Origin: a virus
Lineage: Duplodnaviria > Caudoviricetes
Length of the DNA stretch: 41,213 nucleotides
Reading direction: 5' to 3' (one strand)
Virus record (IMG/VR): IMGVR_UViG_3300031953_000047
Location: 1-41,213 of that record
Shown: piece by piece, positions 26,953-36,333 of the stretch
How the letters are laid out: every line of letters starts with the position of its first letter
How positions within the stretch are numbered: the stretch's first letter is position 1
Translations under genes and position numbers: made by a program
Notes under the pieces: generated by a model
The model's input: the letters and a program-made list of their open reading frames with translations, nothing else
What the model was told of the DNA's origin: nothing
The model's database searches: none

Positions 26953-27176
26953 TCAAGATAGAAAGCACCTCAGCCGCAACATGCCGCACCAACAACCTGA
27001 AGGTGGGCACGCAGCTCATCAGCGTCACCAAGTGGAACCGAGTGGTCATCGAGATCACGTACATCGGCACCTGGGAGATCAGAGCGAAGACGCTCCACGA
27101 CGACAAGCGCGGGCCGAGTGCCAGCGACTCGGCAATGGAGTTGCAGACGTGGCGCGGATGGATGGTCGCAGCATGA
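26949..27176 (+). CDS. hypothetical protein
   Basis: Coupled ORF. Confidence 0.55.
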   Translation: MIKIESTSAATCRTNNLKVGTQLISVTKWNRVVIEITYIGTWEIRAKTLHDDKRGPSASDSAMELQTWRGWMVAA

Positions 27177-27382
27177 ACGCCCCGCAGCTTTCCCGCGCGA
27201 TAGAGATCGGGATTGCAGTCATCACGACCGATGACGAGGGCATTTACTCAGCCACCTGCATCTGTGGGTACGCGCTGCGGAACATCGAGGTCGGGACGGA
27301 CGCAATGGACGCCGCCGACCGCTTCGACGCCCTCGTGAAGCGGGTCGGCGAGAAGCACATGCACGTTGAGGAAGTCGACTAA
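27173..27382 (+). CDS. hypothetical protein (CxC)
   Basis: Coupled ORF. Confidence 0.55.
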   Translation: MNAPQLSRAIEIGIAVITTDDEGIYSATCICGYALRNIEVGTDAMDAADRFDALVKRVGEKHMHVEEVD

Positions 27383-27588
27383 TGGCCACGTCAGGCGAGG
27401 CAGTCGTCAGATACACGGTCAACACGTACTGCACACGCCCGCACGAATACTTCGGATCGTTCGACCTCACCTGCGAATGGGACGGCGACGTTGACGTGTA
27501 CGTGGACAGCGACAACACCGCCGTATTCACATGCGGCAACGGACACGTCAACCACACAACTTGGGACCAGATCGGAGCAAGCGAATGA
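27382..27588 (+). CDS. hypothetical Zn-ribbon-like protein
   Basis: Coupled ORF, Cys/His residues. Confidence 0.55.
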   Translation: MATSGEAVVRYTVNTYCTRPHEYFGSFDLTCEWDGDVDVYVDSDNTAVFTCGNGHVNHTTWDQIGASE

Positions 27589-27986
27589 GCAAGGCAATCC
27601 GCAGGCGCAACATTCGGGTAATTGTGGAAGTCGAGCAGCCAAGCCGCTGGGAGACCGACCACAAGACGCCCAAGCAAGTCGAGTCAATGCTCATCGGGCA
27701 GGCGCAAGAAGCAGCCATTAGTATCCGCCGCCACGTCGACGGGCTTTCCTCAGTAGAAGCTGCTTGGGAAACCACCACCGAATGCGAACACTGCGACAAC
27801 GAATGGGCAGACGGGCACGTAACGGCAAAGGACGCGAAACCCGGCGAACCCGAGGGAATGCCGATCTGCTGCGATCAGGAACAACTCGAATGGTGGCGGG
27901 AAAACATCACCCTCTGGCCCGAAGCGATGAAGCACGAACCGTGGACCTCGTATTCCCCCGGATGGCCTTGGGAGGTTCCAGTATGA
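27585..27986 (+). CDS. hypothetical protein (CxxC...CC)
   Basis: IRRHVDG, CEHC, ICCD; coupled. Confidence 0.6.
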   Translation: MSKAIRRRNIRVIVEVEQPSRWETDHKTPKQVESMLIGQAQEAAISIRRHVDGLSSVEAAWETTTECEHCDNEWADGHVTAKDAKPGEPEGMPICCDQEQLEWWRENITLWPEAMKHEPWTSYSPGWPWEVPV

Positions 27987-28147
27987 CCCCCTACACAAAC
28001 GCCATCCTCGCCGCCTGCCTCATCCTCGCACTCGCCGGCGTCATCGTCGGCGCCTTCATCTCACCCGCACTCTGGGGCGTCGCATCACTCGCGGCGATCC
28101 TCAGCGTGTGCAGCCTCATCTTCCACAAATGCCACCTCGAAAGGTGA
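27983..28147 (+). CDS. small two-TM protein
   Basis: Hydrophobic; coupled. Confidence 0.55.
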   Translation: MTPYTNAILAACLILALAGVIVGAFISPALWGVASLAAILSVCSLIFHKCHLER

Positions 28148-28152
28148 ACAAC

Positions 28153-28581
28153 ATGACCATCACGAACCTGTACGCGAAGTATCTGCTCGCCGACCGTCTC
28201 AACAAGATCGCCAAGGACGCGGGGGTGAGCGTCGACTCCATGCGACTCGATGACGGAAGCAAATATGACCCCGACGTGCACCTTCAGTGCAGCGCCCATG
28301 ACCGACGCGACGGGGAAGGCGGCAACGATGCAGAGCGCGCCGCGATTCGCCTACTGGACACGCTGCCAAGCCTCAACCTTGAGCGCAGCGACGGCCTGAT
28401 CTACCTGCGAGGAACCACGACAACCGGCCTCACCTACCGCTTCTACACCGGCGCAGGTTCATGCGAACTCGTGCAGGTCGGCACTCGCATCGTACGCGCT
28501 GAGGAAGCCAAGCCCGAGCGCGAGGAACCCGTTTACGAGGTGCGATGCATTGACGACCTCGCCGGGCTGGTGCAGGCATGA
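28153..28581 (+). CDS. hypothetical protein
   Basis: SD gaaaggtg. Confidence 0.65.
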   Translation: MTITNLYAKYLLADRLNKIAKDAGVSVDSMRLDDGSKYDPDVHLQCSAHDRRDGEGGNDAERAAIRLLDTLPSLNLERSDGLIYLRGTTTTGLTYRFYTGAGSCELVQVGTRIVRAEEAKPEREEPVYEVRCIDDLAGLVQA

Positions 28582-28940
28582 GCGCCCCGATCAAGCGGGA
28601 AGACATCCGCAAGGGCGACCGAATTCGCGTCATCGAGGAGTACACGACACTCTGTGCCTACACGGCAGTTGCAGACGATGAGCGCACCTACGAACTCATC
28701 GAGCGCCCCGTGGTGCTGCCAACCGAACCGGGCTGGTACTTCGACAGGGACGGCGACCCGTGGGAGGTAGACGACAGCGTGACGCTCCGTGAGCAGTGGG
28801 CGCCATACACACGCATCCGCCCCGAGGCAGAAGTTGCCGCCGCAGTGCTCGCCGAGGTGCGCACTCTCTACTGGACGGACGACCCGACGTTCTGGGGAAA
28901 GTTCGATGCGATCGAAGCCAAGTACGGCGTGACCAAATGA
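28578..28940 (+). CDS. hypothetical protein (LPTEPGWY.DRDGD.W motif)
   Basis: Motif recurrent in actinophage early proteins; coupled. Confidence 0.65.
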   Translation: MSAPIKREDIRKGDRIRVIEEYTTLCAYTAVADDERTYELIERPVVLPTEPGWYFDRDGDPWEVDDSVTLREQWAPYTRIRPEAEVAAAVLAEVRTLYWTDDPTFWGKFDAIEAKYGVTK

Positions 28941-29031
28941 CCTACGCCTACCCCGCCTACAACCCCATCATCCCGCCCGTCATCTTCTCGGATGGCCCCG
29001 CAACTTGGAACGACGAAAAGGACGTGACGAA

Positions 29032-29244
29032 ATGACGGATCACAGAGCACTGGCTGAAGAACGGCTCGAAATAGGCCGACACATTCACAGCCACGAACTC
29101 AAAATGGAGAACCTCGCCATCGCGCAGGTCGAGGCCACGTTCGCCCTCATCGAAGCCGTGAAAGCGCAGACCGAACACAGCGAACTCACCTTCTCGATGG
29201 CCCAAGACCTGTCCGGCATCAACCGCACGGTGGCTGGATCATGA
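29032..29244 (+). CDS. hypothetical protein
   Basis: Coupled ORF. Confidence 0.55.
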   Translation: MTDHRALAEERLEIGRHIHSHELKMENLAIAQVEATFALIEAVKAQTEHSELTFSMAQDLSGINRTVAGS

Positions 29245-29672
29245 GCCTCGGATCGTTCGACGGACTTGCACCGGCGACGTACGACATCCCCGAGTCGCCG
29301 TTCAACACGACGTTCACCTTCGCATGGGAGAAGGCGCCCCTGTCCATGAACTACCGGATGCACCGCATGCAGGCCGCGAACATCACAAAAGAGATCCGCT
29401 CGCTCATGCACTCCCTGGCACGAAACATCCCCGACTTGGGCCGGTGTCGCGTTGACCTCATCTGGTGGGTCAACACGAAGCACCGCCGCGACGAAGAGAA
29501 CGTGGTGCCAGTCCTCAAAGCGCTATGTGACGGGCTGGTAGACGCCGAAGTTGTCGAGGATGACACCCGCGAATTCATGGTGAAGATGATGCCCGAGATT
29601 CGCTTCGTGCCCAAACGGCAGAAGCTCGCATGCTTCGAATTCACCATTACCGAGATTGGAACAGCCGCATGA
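29241..29672 (+). CDS. RusA-like Holliday junction resolvase
   Basis: PLSMN.R.H, RRDEEN....KALCDGLVDA.VV.DD. Confidence 0.8.
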   Translation: MSLGSFDGLAPATYDIPESPFNTTFTFAWEKAPLSMNYRMHRMQAANITKEIRSLMHSLARNIPDLGRCRVDLIWWVNTKHRRDEENVVPVLKALCDGLVDAEVVEDDTREFMVKMMPEIRFVPKRQKLACFEFTITEIGTAA

Positions 29673-30349
29673 GCCTGGTTATCTACGAGAGCTTGGAGCA
29701 GGGAAGCGACCAGTGGCTAGACGCACGCGCTGGAATGCTCACCGCCTCAATGGTCGGCAAGCTCGTAACCCCATCGCTCAAGGTCGCCTCGAACGACACC
29801 TCACGCGGCGTGGTCGAAACGCTGGTCGCCGAACGCATCACCGGGTTCGTGGAGTACGTCCACCCCAACTTCGACATGCAGCGCGGCACGGACGACGAGC
29901 CGTATGCACGGGATCTCTACTCCGAGCAGCACGCACCAGTAACCGAGATCGGGTTTGCTGTTCGCACATTCAACGGGCACAAGTTGGGGGCGAGTCCCGA
30001 TGGCCTGGTGGGAGAGGTTGGTGGGATTGAGATCAAGTCCCGCAAAGCCAAGGTGCACCTGAGAACGATCCTGACCGACAAGGTACCCGCCGAGAACATG
30101 GCGCAGATCCAGACATGCCTGCTCGTGCTCGACAGGCAGTGGTGGGATTACGTCTCCTACTCGGGTGGATGGCCGCTGCACGTTATCCGCGTGCACGCCG
30201 ACCCCGCATGGCAGGCCGTCATCCTCGACGCGCTCAACCAGTTCGAGTTCGACGCAACCAACATGATCTCCCGGTACACAGCAGCAACGGACGGCGCACC
30301 GATCGCGCCACGGATCGACCACGACGAAGAAATGGAGATGGGGATATGA
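29669..30349 (+). CDS. YqaJ / lambda-exonuclease family protein
   Basis: QGS..WL..R.G.LTAS, MQRG...EP.AR, GASPDGLV, IEIK, QIQ. Confidence 0.92.
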   Translation: MSLVIYESLEQGSDQWLDARAGMLTASMVGKLVTPSLKVASNDTSRGVVETLVAERITGFVEYVHPNFDMQRGTDDEPYARDLYSEQHAPVTEIGFAVRTFNGHKLGASPDGLVGEVGGIEIKSRKAKVHLRTILTDKVPAENMAQIQTCLLVLDRQWWDYVSYSGGWPLHVIRVHADPAWQAVILDALNQFEFDATNMISRYTAATDGAPIAPRIDHDEEMEMGI

Positions 30350-30510
30350 GCAAATGGCGAATCAAGAAAGATCGCATCTGGCTTAACGGATGGACCTACT
30401 CGCACCAGGGCTGGTCGCTCTACTACGCGAATAAGCGCGTGGCCCGATACGCGACATGGGCACGCTGCTGTGAGCACGTCGCTACTGCGCACCGGAGGTT
30501 CGGACTATGA
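30346..30510 (+). CDS. small basic hypothetical protein
   Basis: Coupled ORF. Confidence 0.5.
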   Translation: MSKWRIKKDRIWLNGWTYSHQGWSLYYANKRVARYATWARCCEHVATAHRRFGL

Positions 30511-30755
30511 GCGAGACATTCATTGGCCGGATCGAAAGCATCGCGCTAGACGAAGACGATTTCGTTCTGATCAGAGACGCCACCGGTGAGCGCATCAAGC
30601 TCGCCCCAAACGGAGCGCGCGGACTGCATCGCGAACTCGGGAAGTTCCTCTCTCTGGCGAACGACTCGAAGCCGCTACCGAATCCCACACGCGCAGATTT
30701 CGCAGACATCAAGAAGCGGCTCGAAGCCCTCGAACGCATACAGAAGGAATCCTAA
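30507..30755 (+). CDS. hypothetical protein
   Basis: Coupled ORF. Confidence 0.55.
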   Translation: MSETFIGRIESIALDEDDFVLIRDATGERIKLAPNGARGLHRELGKFLSLANDSKPLPNPTRADFADIKKRLEALERIQKES

Positions 30756-30757
30756 CC

Positions 30758-31342
30758 ATGGACATGACCGCCAGCATCGCCCCACGCTCCGACCAGATCA
30801 ACGCCGACGACCTCCTGACCGGCCCCGTGACGGTCACCATCAGCGAAGTCACGGAAGGTGCAGCAGAGCAGCCGTTCGACTTCCACCTCATCGAATACCC
30901 CGGACGCGCTTACCGCCCCTCAAAATCTATGCGCCGCGTCATCGTGAAGGCATGGGGCGGGAAGACCGAGGCTTACCACGGCAAGAGACTCACCATCTTC
31001 AATAACCCCGAGATCATGTTCGGACGCGACAAAACAGGCGGCATCGAGATCAGTCACCTTAGCGACATCCCCAAGGCGTTCACCATGCCACTCACGAAGA
31101 CCCGCGGCAGGAAGAACAACTTCACCGTCAAGCCCCTCGCCGCACTTGTACAGGATGTTGTACGCGACTGGCAGGCCGAGATGGATGCCGTCACCGACAC
31201 CGCGGCACTCTCCGTCCTCTATGCCGAAATGCGCGCCACACCAGGCGCATACACCGACGAGCTCCAAGCCGCATTTGGTGATCGCGGTGCAGCACTCAAG
31301 GTAACCGCAGCACCCGAGCAGACAGAAGGAGACGCAGCATGA
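30758..31342 (+). CDS. exonuclease-associated protein, putative recombination/annealing partner
   Basis: SD aagga; I.P.SDQINADDL..GP.TVTI, YRPSKSMRRV...WG, GGI.ISH.S; next to YqaJ. Confidence 0.6.
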   Translation: MDMTASIAPRSDQINADDLLTGPVTVTISEVTEGAAEQPFDFHLIEYPGRAYRPSKSMRRVIVKAWGGKTEAYHGKRLTIFNNPEIMFGRDKTGGIEISHLSDIPKAFTMPLTKTRGRKNNFTVKPLAALVQDVVRDWQAEMDAVTDTAALSVLYAEMRATPGAYTDELQAAFGDRGAALKVTAAPEQTEGDAA

Positions 31343-31439
31343 GCCGCAACCCGCGCCACATGTCACACGCCATGCAAGACATCGGCTGGCTCGAAAAGGT
31401 GCGGCGCGTGTTCCTGCTCGTATTCAAGGGGATGCAGTG

Positions 31440-31793
31440 ATGAGTGCTGATCTAGGGCGCACTGAGCATCCGGTAGCGCGCAAAGTGCACTGTTGCGAAT
31501 CTTGCGCGCGGGTCATTGCTAAGGGAGAAAAATACACACGGTGGACCGGTAAATGGGACGACGAGTTCAGCACCTACGCAGAGTGTGAGCAGTGCTCATT
31601 GGCCGTGAAGTTGTGGGAGATCGAGAACGCCGATGGCGCTCACAATATGGACACGTTCAGTGACTGGGAGCCGCGCACGGTCACCGAACTCAGGGCGAAG
31701 GAATACTGGCGAAGGGAGTGGACTCGCCCGGATGGAACGCGGTACGAGGTTCCCCGCGCTTCCCCCAAGTCGCCCGCAGAAATTGCGTGGTGA
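31440..31793 (+). CDS. Zn-finger hypothetical protein
   Basis: ARK.H.C.SC...I.KGE.Y ... C.QC. Confidence 0.65.
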   Translation: MSADLGRTEHPVARKVHCCESCARVIAKGEKYTRWTGKWDDEFSTYAECEQCSLAVKLWEIENADGAHNMDTFSDWEPRTVTELRAKEYWRREWTRPDGTRYEVPRASPKSPAEIAW

Positions 31794-31905
31794 CGCCGAT
31801 GACCCCTGACACCTTCACCGTCGAGGCCGCAACACTCACCCCGCGAGAAGCCACCAACCTCGCATCTCGCCTACTCCAATTCGCCACGAAAGCCAGGCCC
31901 ACAAA

Positions 31906-32334
31906 ATGAGCGCACACGGAACACCCCAAGGATACGACGACGGATGCCGCGGGTCCGGTGCCTGCGACAATCACCGCACCGGACGCATGACCTGTACAGA
32001 AGCACACATGCGCTATCAGGGCGATTGGGAGTACATCCAGCAGGTCGACGCCGGCACCGCAACGGATGCGCGCGCCAAGTTCATCGTGCCCAAAGCGCCG
32101 CGTCTTGTTGCTGAGTCACGATCGCAGGCAGCCACACGAGCAAGCCGCGCGAAACCCAAGGTTGCTAAGGCGCCGAAGAAGGAACCGAAGCCGCGACCCA
32201 AGGCCAAGCACGGCACCGCGTCCGGGTACAAGTCGTACAAGTGCCGCGATGACTGCCCTAGCGAGTTCACGTGCAACCAGGCCGCGGCACTCGCTCGCAA
32301 GGAATACCACCACGCAAGGAAGGCCGCAGCATGA
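31906..32334 (+). CDS. basic protein with two HGT..GY..C Zn-binding repeats
   Basis: HGTPQGYDDGCR and HGTASGYKSYKCR. Confidence 0.65.
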   Translation: MSAHGTPQGYDDGCRGSGACDNHRTGRMTCTEAHMRYQGDWEYIQQVDAGTATDARAKFIVPKAPRLVAESRSQAATRASRAKPKVAKAPKKEPKPRPKAKHGTASGYKSYKCRDDCPSEFTCNQAAALARKEYHHARKAAA

Positions 32335-32612
32335 ATCACGCGAACTGCGGGCACCGTGAGATAGATGGTATCGAATCCGAGATTGTCGAGGTGTGGCCTG
32401 CGGGTGAGTGCTTCATTTCCACGCTGGATCTGGTGGAAAGCCTCATGGGGCACAACCCTGACAAATGGGGGCGATCTTGCTGCTATCGAAAGGGTCTAAC
32501 GCCGCAGCGGATGGGACGCTACCTCTTCCACGAACTCGGCATCAAGGCGAGCAAGAACGCCCACGACAAGCGCGGCTATTATCTCGCAGATTTCACCGAG
32601 GCCGCAGCATGA
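32331..32612 (+). CDS. hypothetical protein (winged-helix-like)
   Basis: Coupled ORF; LT...MGRYL..LGI, RGY...DF. Confidence 0.55.
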   Translation: MNHANCGHREIDGIESEIVEVWPAGECFISTLDLVESLMGHNPDKWGRSCCYRKGLTPQRMGRYLFHELGIKASKNAHDKRGYYLADFTEAAA

Positions 32613-32642
32613 CACGCGCACAACAAGGAAAGGAGGTGGCGC

Positions 32643-33431
32643 ATGGCAAGAGGAAGGGTAATCACCCCGGAATTTTGGACTGACGGAAACATGATCGGCG
32701 TGTCTGCTTTTGCACGTTTGTTCTACATCGGACTGTGGAATTTCGCGTATTGCGACAAGGGACACTTGCCCGATGATGCTCTCGGGCTGCGTCTGAAGGT
32801 GCTTCCTGGCGACAACGTGAACGCGACTGACCTGATCGCCGAGCTCATGGATTGCGGGCGAGTTCAGCGCGTACAGGGCGAAGGAGAGACATTCCTGTTC
32901 ATGCCGAAGTTCGCTCGGCACCAGAAAACGGACCCTCGCTGGAAAACACGGTGCCCCGCCTGCGCTCTCGAAACCTCACCGGTACTCATGAAAACTCCGG
33001 CGAGTTACGCCGAGCCTCACCAGAGCTCAGCGTTAAGAGAAGAGAACCAGAGAGAAATAGAGAGAAAAGAACCAGAGAGAAACATACACGCTCGTCCGAG
33101 CGTGGAGAGTGTGTTTGACACGGCCTATTCTCACTGGCCCAAAAAGGTAGAGCGCAAGGTAGCCCTCGAGAAGTTCAAGGCAGCATCCAAGCGCATCGAC
33201 CTCGACACCCTCGCCGAGCACATCATCCGATTCGGTGACGCCTACACGGCCACGACGTCGAAGCAGTACACGCCGGCGCTGGGTATCTGGATCACCAAGG
33301 AGCGATGGACGGACGAACTGCCGACCGCGCCCGAGGGTAACCGCAAGCCGACCCGCACCGAACAGAACCTCGACTTTGTGGCGCAACTGGCCCGCGAAGA
33401 AGAAATGATGCAGAAGGGAATCACGGCATGA
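32643..33431 (+). CDS. replication initiator / replisome organizer
   Basis: R.ITPEFWTD, ARLFYIGLWNFA..KG; C-terminal F...Y..WPKKV, WI...RW.DE; SD aggagg. Confidence 0.8.
   Translation: MARGRVITPEFWTDGNMIGVSAFARLFYIGLWNFAYCDKGHLPDDALGLRLKVLPGDNVNATDLIAELMDCGRVQRVQGEGETFLFMPKFARHQKTDPRWKTRCPACALETSPVLMKTPASYAEPHQSSALREENQREIERKEPERNIHARPSVESVFDTAYSHWPKKVERKVALEKFKAASKRIDLDTLAEHIIRFGDAYTATTSKQYTPALGIWITKERWTDELPTAPEGNRKPTRTEQNLDFVAQLAREEEMMQKGITA
33043..33082 (+). repeat. 15-bp direct repeats in purine-rich tract, putative origin
   Basis: agaaccagagagaaa at 33043 and 33068 inside the initiator linker. Confidence 0.6.
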
Positions 33432-33604
33432 TCGCATTGCTCGTAGTCCACGGAATCACGTTGTTTGCCATGTTCGTAATCGCCGTGACGCTATCTGTCA
33501 TTGACGTTCCCTCGCTGCATACCGCGTGGGCGGTGTTTTTGGTCTCATTCGGGATCGTCGGCGTTCAGTGGGGGATCTTTGCTGCTGGCGAGGACGCGAA
33601 GTGA
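33428..33604 (+). CDS. 58-aa two-TM membrane protein (not in ORF track)
   Basis: MIALLVVHGITLFAMFVIAVTLSV...AWAVFLVSFGIVGVQWGIFAA; coupled on both sides. Confidence 0.6.
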   Translation: MIALLVVHGITLFAMFVIAVTLSVIDVPSLHTAWAVFLVSFGIVGVQWGIFAAGEDAK

Positions 33605-34035
33605 ACAAAACGCAGGTCGGCCAGATCCTCACCATCGCGTCGGGCTTCGACAGGTTCATCACCGTCGACAGGGTGACCACCGAGGCATGGTTCCTGGTTC
33701 TCGGCGCCATCGACTACGACGAAGCACAGGCCGCGGTCATCGGTCACTTCACCGGGCCAATCGCAAAGGAAGTGTTCAGTGTCCGGCACATCCTCAACGC
33801 GGTCGCTGATGGCGGGCGCAACACACGGGCAGCGATCGAGGCCGACGTGCGGTCGGCTAAGGCGCGCGGGCTGATCTCGAAGGGCTGGCCTGATCGTCAG
33901 GCGCTACCGGATGAGGTCAAGGATGGCCTGCTGACGTTGCGGGATTTGGAGCGTAGGGCTGCGGCTGTTCGGGATGAGCTCGAGCAGGGTGGCGGATCGC
34001 CGGCTGATGTCGGCGCAGTTGGGAGGGTGTTGTGA
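33601..34035 (+). CDS. helicase loader/inhibitor (G39P-like)
   Basis: MNKTQV.QIL.IAS.FD......AW..VL..IDY.EA..AV..HF; follows initiator. Confidence 0.65.
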   Translation: MNKTQVGQILTIASGFDRFITVDRVTTEAWFLVLGAIDYDEAQAAVIGHFTGPIAKEVFSVRHILNAVADGGRNTRAAIEADVRSAKARGLISKGWPDRQALPDEVKDGLLTLRDLERRAAAVRDELEQGGGSPADVGAVGRVL

Positions 34036-34214
34036 TGCACGAGTCGGACCTGAACTTTGCGGCGTTTATTGCGTCTCGGAATGTTCCAGCGGTGAAGCGT
34101 GAACGGTTTGTGCCGCGTGTTGCGGTGACGTTGGCGCGCGAGTACGACAACACGACGGCGAAGAATCTTCTGGTCATTCGGGCAGAGGTCAAGCGATTGG
34201 AGCAGGCAGCATGA
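34032..34214 (+). CDS. hypothetical protein
   Basis: Coupled ORF. Confidence 0.5.
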   Translation: MMHESDLNFAAFIASRNVPAVKRERFVPRVAVTLAREYDNTTAKNLLVIRAEVKRLEQAA

Positions 34215-34438
34215 CGGCAAAAGCGATCAACGACGGGCACGACAACTACACGATCGGGTGCCGGGATTGCCCAGTGTTCGAGGCGGTGGCAACAGGGCAG
34301 AAACCGACCGTGGCAATCATGGCGGCGCACGACAGGAGATTCCACCCGGTGCAGTTCACCAGCGCACGTCAATGGCCGAGTGTGCGTGACGTGCCTCGTG
34401 TTGGCGCTGTACCGGTGACTGACGCCTTAGCACCGTAA
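34211..34438 (+). CDS. hypothetical protein (CxxC..H..H)
   Basis: Coupled ORF. Confidence 0.5.
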   Translation: MTAKAINDGHDNYTIGCRDCPVFEAVATGQKPTVAIMAAHDRRFHPVQFTSARQWPSVRDVPRVGAVPVTDALAP

Positions 34439-34535
34439 ATGGGCACAGGTGGGCACTCGAACAATTTGAGCGCGTTAGACGGGCGCGCATGGCTTCCCGT
34501 CAATCACGAAAACAACAACGAAAAGAGAAAATATC

Positions 34536-34982
34536 ATGGCTGGCGAAACTGTAATCACCGTAATTGGCAACCTGACCAGCGACCCGGAACTGCGATACAC
34601 GCAGAACGGCCTCGCAGTCGCCAACTTCACCATCGCATCCACGCCCCGCAACTTCGACAAGGCAAGCAGTGAATGGAAAGACGGCGACGCACTGTTCCTC
34701 CGTGCATCCGTATGGCGCGACTTCGCTGAGCACGTCGCCGGGTCGCTCACTAAGGGCGCGAGAGTCATCGCTCAGGGGCGACTCGTGCAGAAAAGCTACA
34801 CGACCAAGGAAGGCGACAAGCGCACGAGCATGGAGCTCGAGATTGACGAGATCGGCCCCTCGCTCAAGTACGCCACAGCATCACTCACCAGGGCATCATC
34901 GGGTGGGCGTGTGCCTCCCCCCGCCGCAACTAGCGACACGTGGAACGCGCCGGGCAACTTCTCCGACGAAACCCCGTTCTAG
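34536..34982 (+). CDS. ssb: single-stranded DNA-binding protein
   Basis: [28 protein letters not shown], acidic DETPF tail. Confidence 0.97.
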   Translation: MAGETVITVIGNLTSDPELRYTQNGLAVANFTIASTPRNFDKASSEWKDGDALFLRASVWRDFAEHVAGSLTKGARVIAQGRLVQKSYTTKEGDKRTSMELEIDEIGPSLKYATASLTRASSGGRVPPPAATSDTWNAPGNFSDETPF

Positions 34983-34985
34983 GCC

Positions 34986-35270
34986 ATGACAACCCAGGCC
35001 ATCATCGAGGATCTAACCCACCTCGATTTCAACCCTGCCGACAACCCGCCGCAGTGTGAGGGTCAACACCACGCACGCGGCCTATCTGGTCACGTCGCAT
35101 CCGAACCTGCCGCGTTCATCGTAATGTCGCCGTGCTGCGGAGTAAAGCCGCTGCAATGTGCGTCACGGGTCGCAGCAATGCGTGAGTCGGGGCTGCTGTA
35201 TTGCGGGTCGTGCAAGGTCGAGCATTTGACGATCCGGTATCGGTTTATTCCGCTGGATGGCGAGCAGTGA
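34986..35270 (+). CDS. Cys-rich hypothetical protein
   Basis: ORF after ssb. Confidence 0.55.
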   Translation: MTTQAIIEDLTHLDFNPADNPPQCEGQHHARGLSGHVASEPAAFIVMSPCCGVKPLQCASRVAAMRESGLLYCGSCKVEHLTIRYRFIPLDGEQ

Positions 35271-35500
35271 GCCGCCGAATCAGGACCACGAAGCAGGCGC
35301 GAGAGATCCGCGCTGGAATCAATGCACGCTGCTTGCCATACCTGACGGGCGGCGACCCTGAACGGGGCTACTACACGACGATGGACTTCCGACGAGTGAG
35401 GGAGCACGAGCAGGCAATCCAATTTGGGGTATCCAAATTAACGAAGGCGGCGATTCACCGGACACCCTGGTGGATCTCAACTCGGGATGAATTCGACTAG
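35267..35500 (+). CDS. hypothetical protein
   Basis: GTGA-coupled. Confidence 0.5.
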   Translation: MSRRIRTTKQAREIRAGINARCLPYLTGGDPERGYYTTMDFRRVREHEQAIQFGVSKLTKAAIHRTPWWISTRDEFD

Positions 35501-35522
35501 CAGCACACCACGCACGACAACC

Positions 35523-35553
35523 GGCACCCGCCAGATGGTAGGGGGCCTTTTTT
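35523..35553 (+). terminator. probable intrinsic terminator
   Basis: Imperfect GC stem followed by tttttt. Confidence 0.5.
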
Positions 35554-35573
35554 ATGTCATCGAGAGGGACGAA

Positions 35574-35930
35574 ATGACAAAAACGAAAGACGAAACGCCC
35601 GACTACGTGGCAATCTACGACGACGCATCGTTCGATTGCCCCATACCGGAATATGCCCACGCTGCCGGTATCGCCGCTGTAGCGGCCGCAGCAAAGGCGG
35701 AGGCGGCATTCACGGCTACTGAGTTTCTGGTCGACGTCGTGCGGGGGGTGGAGGCCGAGCGTGACGCTGCATACAGGCTGATCACAAATCTCAAGCTCAC
35801 AGCTGCCGAGGATCTGGTGTACGTGCGGAGGATCGAGGCCGAGCGGGATGCAGCCGCTCACACCACGGATCTCCGCGAGCAGTCCAAGTTCTACGCGGTC
35901 AAGGCGATGCCGGATGGGGTGGGCGAATGA
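35574..35930 (+). CDS. hypothetical coiled-coil protein (EAERD repeats)
   Basis: SD agggac; shares DLVY.R..EAERD with the 20496 protein. Confidence 0.65.
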   Translation: MTKTKDETPDYVAIYDDASFDCPIPEYAHAAGIAAVAAAAKAEAAFTATEFLVDVVRGVEAERDAAYRLITNLKLTAAEDLVYVRRIEAERDAAAHTTDLREQSKFYAVKAMPDGVGE

Positions 35931-36127
35931 GTGCCAACAAGTGCCACCAGTGCGATGGCGAAGGATTCACGGGATCGGATGATGAGCATGCCCCGTGGTC
36001 ATTCTGGGCGTCGCTGCCACCGGGTAGCGATTTCGCCGTTCGGCTGGGATTAGTGACGAAGGTGCCATGTTCCGCATGCACGGTGATCACCCCTGAGTCG
36101 CCCACAACACCGGAGGCAACCCAATGA
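35927..36127 (+). CDS. Zn-ribbon hypothetical protein
   Basis: CHQCDGEG ... CSAC. Confidence 0.6.
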   Translation: MSANKCHQCDGEGFTGSDDEHAPWSFWASLPPGSDFAVRLGLVTKVPCSACTVITPESPTTPEATQ

Positions 36128-36333
36128 TCGACATCCTCTGCAACACCTGCCAGCAACGGGAGCGGCACACCACGCGAACCGGTGCACTCCTGGCCCTCGA
36201 TGTGCACGAGGCTATGACCCGCCACGATGACCTGTTCATCTCGGAGCCGGGAAATGGTGCATGGGTGCGGGTTTGGGCTGCGGAACGTGAGCCAGTGCAA
36301 GCAATGAACAGCTACGACGGGAGAGACGAATGA
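36124..36333 (+). CDS. hypothetical protein
   Basis: Coupled; SD ggagg. Confidence 0.55.
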   Translation: MIDILCNTCQQRERHTTRTGALLALDVHEAMTRHDDLFISEPGNGAWVRVWAAEREPVQAMNSYDGRDE

